This document shows positions 62,160-64,000 of a stretch of 64,000 nucleotides of DNA, one piece after another. Positions within the stretch are counted from its first letter, which is position 1. Each line of letters opens with the position of its first letter. The DNA comes from an uncultured delta proteobacterium. GTDB lineage: Bacteria; Desulfobacterota; Binatia; JACPRU01. The stretch covers positions 352,001-416,000 of the forward strand of contig CAVUWD010000011.1 in assembly GCA_963745025.1 (NCBI GenBank), read 5' to 3'. Below the pieces are notes generated by a model. The model was not told the DNA's origin and ran no database searches. It was given only the letters and a program-made list of their open reading frames with translations. The translations under genes were made by a program, and so were the position numbers.

Positions 62160-62531
62160 CTGATTCCGTACCTCCCTCGGTCTTCGCCACGACTGCTTCG
62201 GGAAGATGGAGAGCGCGGTCGGTTGTGATCGCCCGTACTCGGGTCGATCACGACCGACCGCAACCGCGCGCAGCGCGGAAGGCAATACACCAGCGTCGAG
62301 AGCTATTGCTTTCCGCGCTGCGCGCGGTGGCTGGATCTTTCGGTCGACCCGAGCACGGGCCGACCGGAAGATCCAGCGCTTCAGGAATTTCCAGCGCGTG
62401 TGGCCAACACTGAGGCATTACCTGATTCCGTAACCCCCCTCGGTCTTCGCCACGACCGCTTCGGGAAGATAAAGAGAGCGCGGCTGGTTTGCGGTCGACC
62501 CGCCGCACGGCTCGACCGCAAACCAGCCGCG
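62160..62531. repeat. Cluster of two ~105-bp repeat units and four long hairpins
   Basis: Leader CTGATTCCGTA..GGAAGAT at 62160 and 62422; hairpins 62215-62261, 62263-62328, 62330-62377, 62479-62531. Confidence 0.85.
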
Positions 62532-62581
62532 TTCTCCAGCAGGCCGCAGCCATCGTGCGCAAACCGAAGGCCCTATCCCCC

Positions 62582-64000
62582 TTACGGCAGCGGCGCGTCC
62601 GCCGCGAAGCGCGTCAGCACGTTGGCGGTGATCCGCGACACGTCGTTGTCGTGCCCCGCGTGCGCGAGGCTGCCGCACCAGGCGATCGAGCCGACGCTGA
62701 ACACCGCCCCATCGCGCGGCGTCTTGAAGTAGACGATGTCGGCGCGCACCTGCGGATCCTGCGTGCCGCCGAGCCCGGGATAGTTGAACATGATCTCCTC
62801 GACGACGTGCGGGTAGTCGTCGCTGTGGCCCTCCGAGCTCGCCACCAAGAACGCGCCCGGCGGCGTGCCCAGCGCGAGCTCGTAGCGATCGATCTCGTAG
62901 CCGGCGGCGCCGCCGCCGACCAGGCCAAAGTCGCCGATGCGCTCGGGTCGCTCGACGCCGTCGAGGATCCACGCGGCTTGCGGATCGAGACCGTCGGGCA
63001 TGCGGACGTAGTGCGAGGAACGATCGAAGCCCTCGGCCGTGAAGCCGACGCCGAAGATCTTCTGCGGCGGGCGGGCGCGGTTGCGCCAGATGCCGCCGCG
63101 CTCGCCGGTGGTCGCGTGGTAATACTCCCCCGGGCTCGCCTGCCACGCGCGCGATCCGCTCTCGGCCTTGCGGACCTCGATCACCCACGGCTTCTCGGGG
63201 TGGAACGACGTTATCCAGTAGAAGCCGTTGGCGCCGAGGTACATCGTGCGGCCGCCGCCGGCGAGATAGCTCTCGAAGGCGTCGAGCATGCGGGTCGAGG
63301 TGTACTCCGGATGCGTGCCGGTCAGCACCACGCGGTAGCGGCGGAGCAAGTCGGCGCCTTCGCGCTCGAGGTCGTGGTCGGTGGCGACGTCATACGTGAT
63401 GCCCTTGGCGTTCAGCCATTCGACGAGGTGGAGGTCGGCGGGGAATTGCCAGACCGTGCCGGTGCCGTGGCGCGCCTTCGGCCGCATCGTCAGGATCGGA
63501 CGGCGCCAGGTCGAGAAGCATACGCCGCTGCCGTCGGTGTGATGATCGTACGTGGACAGCCCGAGCTCGGGGTGCGCCACCAGATGGAAGTCGTTCGCGT
63601 CGAGGACGGGGGTGTGACCGACGATCGCCTGCCCGACCGGCACTTCGGCGACGATGTGGTCGTTGGCGTACGCGAGATAGCTGGCCGTCGGCACGAGGAA
63701 GAGGACCTTGGCCGTCGCCCGGCCCCGCGGCGGCAGCACGAAGAACGGTACGTGGTCCTCCGACTCTCCGAGGCGAACTCGCAGCGCGTAGACGTCGCTC
63801 TTCATGCCGGCGGGGACGACGAGCTCGAGGTCCGGATGCCACCCGCAGTCCTCGAGGTCGTCATCGTGGAAGTGGATCGCGCCGTACTCCCCCGGCGCGT
63901 GAACGAAGCTCTCCTCGCGCCCGCGCCAGTTGAAGCCCGTGGCTGCGCGCACTGGCAGATTCACGCACGATCCGTCGAGCCCGCTTCCCGAAACGTCCGC
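62582..64000 (-). CDS. N,N-dimethylformamidase large (beta) subunit family protein, 5' end outside window
   Basis: AIHFHDDDL, PTASYLAYAN, GLSTYDHH.DGSG, GTHPEY, YLGANGFYW, GGAAGYEID, AVFSVGSIAW. Confidence 0.88.
   Translation of the reverse strand, partial: ADVSGSGLDGSCVNLPVRAATGFNWRGREESFVHAPGEYGAIHFHDDDLEDCGWHPDLELVVPAGMKSDVYALRVRLGESEDHVPFFVLPPRGRATAKVLFLVPTASYLAYANDHIVAEVPVGQAIVGHTPVLDANDFHLVAHPELGLSTYDHHTDGSGVCFSTWRRPILTMRPKARHGTGTVWQFPADLHLVEWLNAKGITYDVATDHDLEREGADLLRRYRVVLTGTHPEYTSTRMLDAFESYLAGGGRTMYLGANGFYWITSFHPEKPWVIEVRKAESGSRAWQASPGEYYHATTGERGGIWRNRARPPQKIFGVGFTAEGFDRSSHYVRMPDGLDPQAAWILDGVERPERIGDFGLVGGGAAGYEIDRYELALGTPPGAFLVASSEGHSDDYPHVVEEIMFNYPGLGGTQDPQVRADIVYFKTPRDGAVFSVGSIAWCGSLAHAGHDNDVSRITANVLTRFAADAPLP

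Noticed and set aside
62160-62531. CRISPR array or integron attC sites
   Set aside because: Only two long units, no regular repeat-spacer periodicity, no cas genes, no RYYYAAC/GTTRRRY ends

Overview
High-GC bacterial window with an accessory and catabolic gene content; a Binatia/deltaproteobacteria-like soil lineage is my inference. (1) 1-11 kb: a patchwork of single genes (Yip1, epoxide hydrolase, SLC13-TrkA-C permease, DUF523/DUF1722, F420 DDN reductase, amidase, SGNH, MDR oxidoreductase). (2) 11-22 kb: a Vibrio LuxR/HapR-like TetR with a nested dyad operator, divergent from an acetophenone/acetone-carboxylase-like four-gene cluster plus CoA ligase and thiolase. (3) 23.0-42.2 kb: a ~19 kb integrative element bounded by identical 23-bp tRNA-Leu-3'-like cores. 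No intact tRNA is present, the tyrosine integrase ORF reads through its own att core, and a duplicated 75-bp arm brackets a TetR-BVMO module. Cargo is hicBA, MFS/RND efflux and a QueG-like-SCP2 fusion. (4) 42-53 kb: miscellaneous genes and gene shards. (5) 53.8-62.1 kb: a complete quinohemoprotein amine dehydrogenase cluster (qhpADCBFE plus convergent qhpG). Upstream lie a cluster of covarying hairpin repeats and an N,N-dimethylformamidase large-subunit-family gene. Many single-base frameshifts between 12 and 42 kb look like long-read errors. No CRISPR, rRNA or complete tRNA was seen. All protein family calls come from motif recognition, not database searches.
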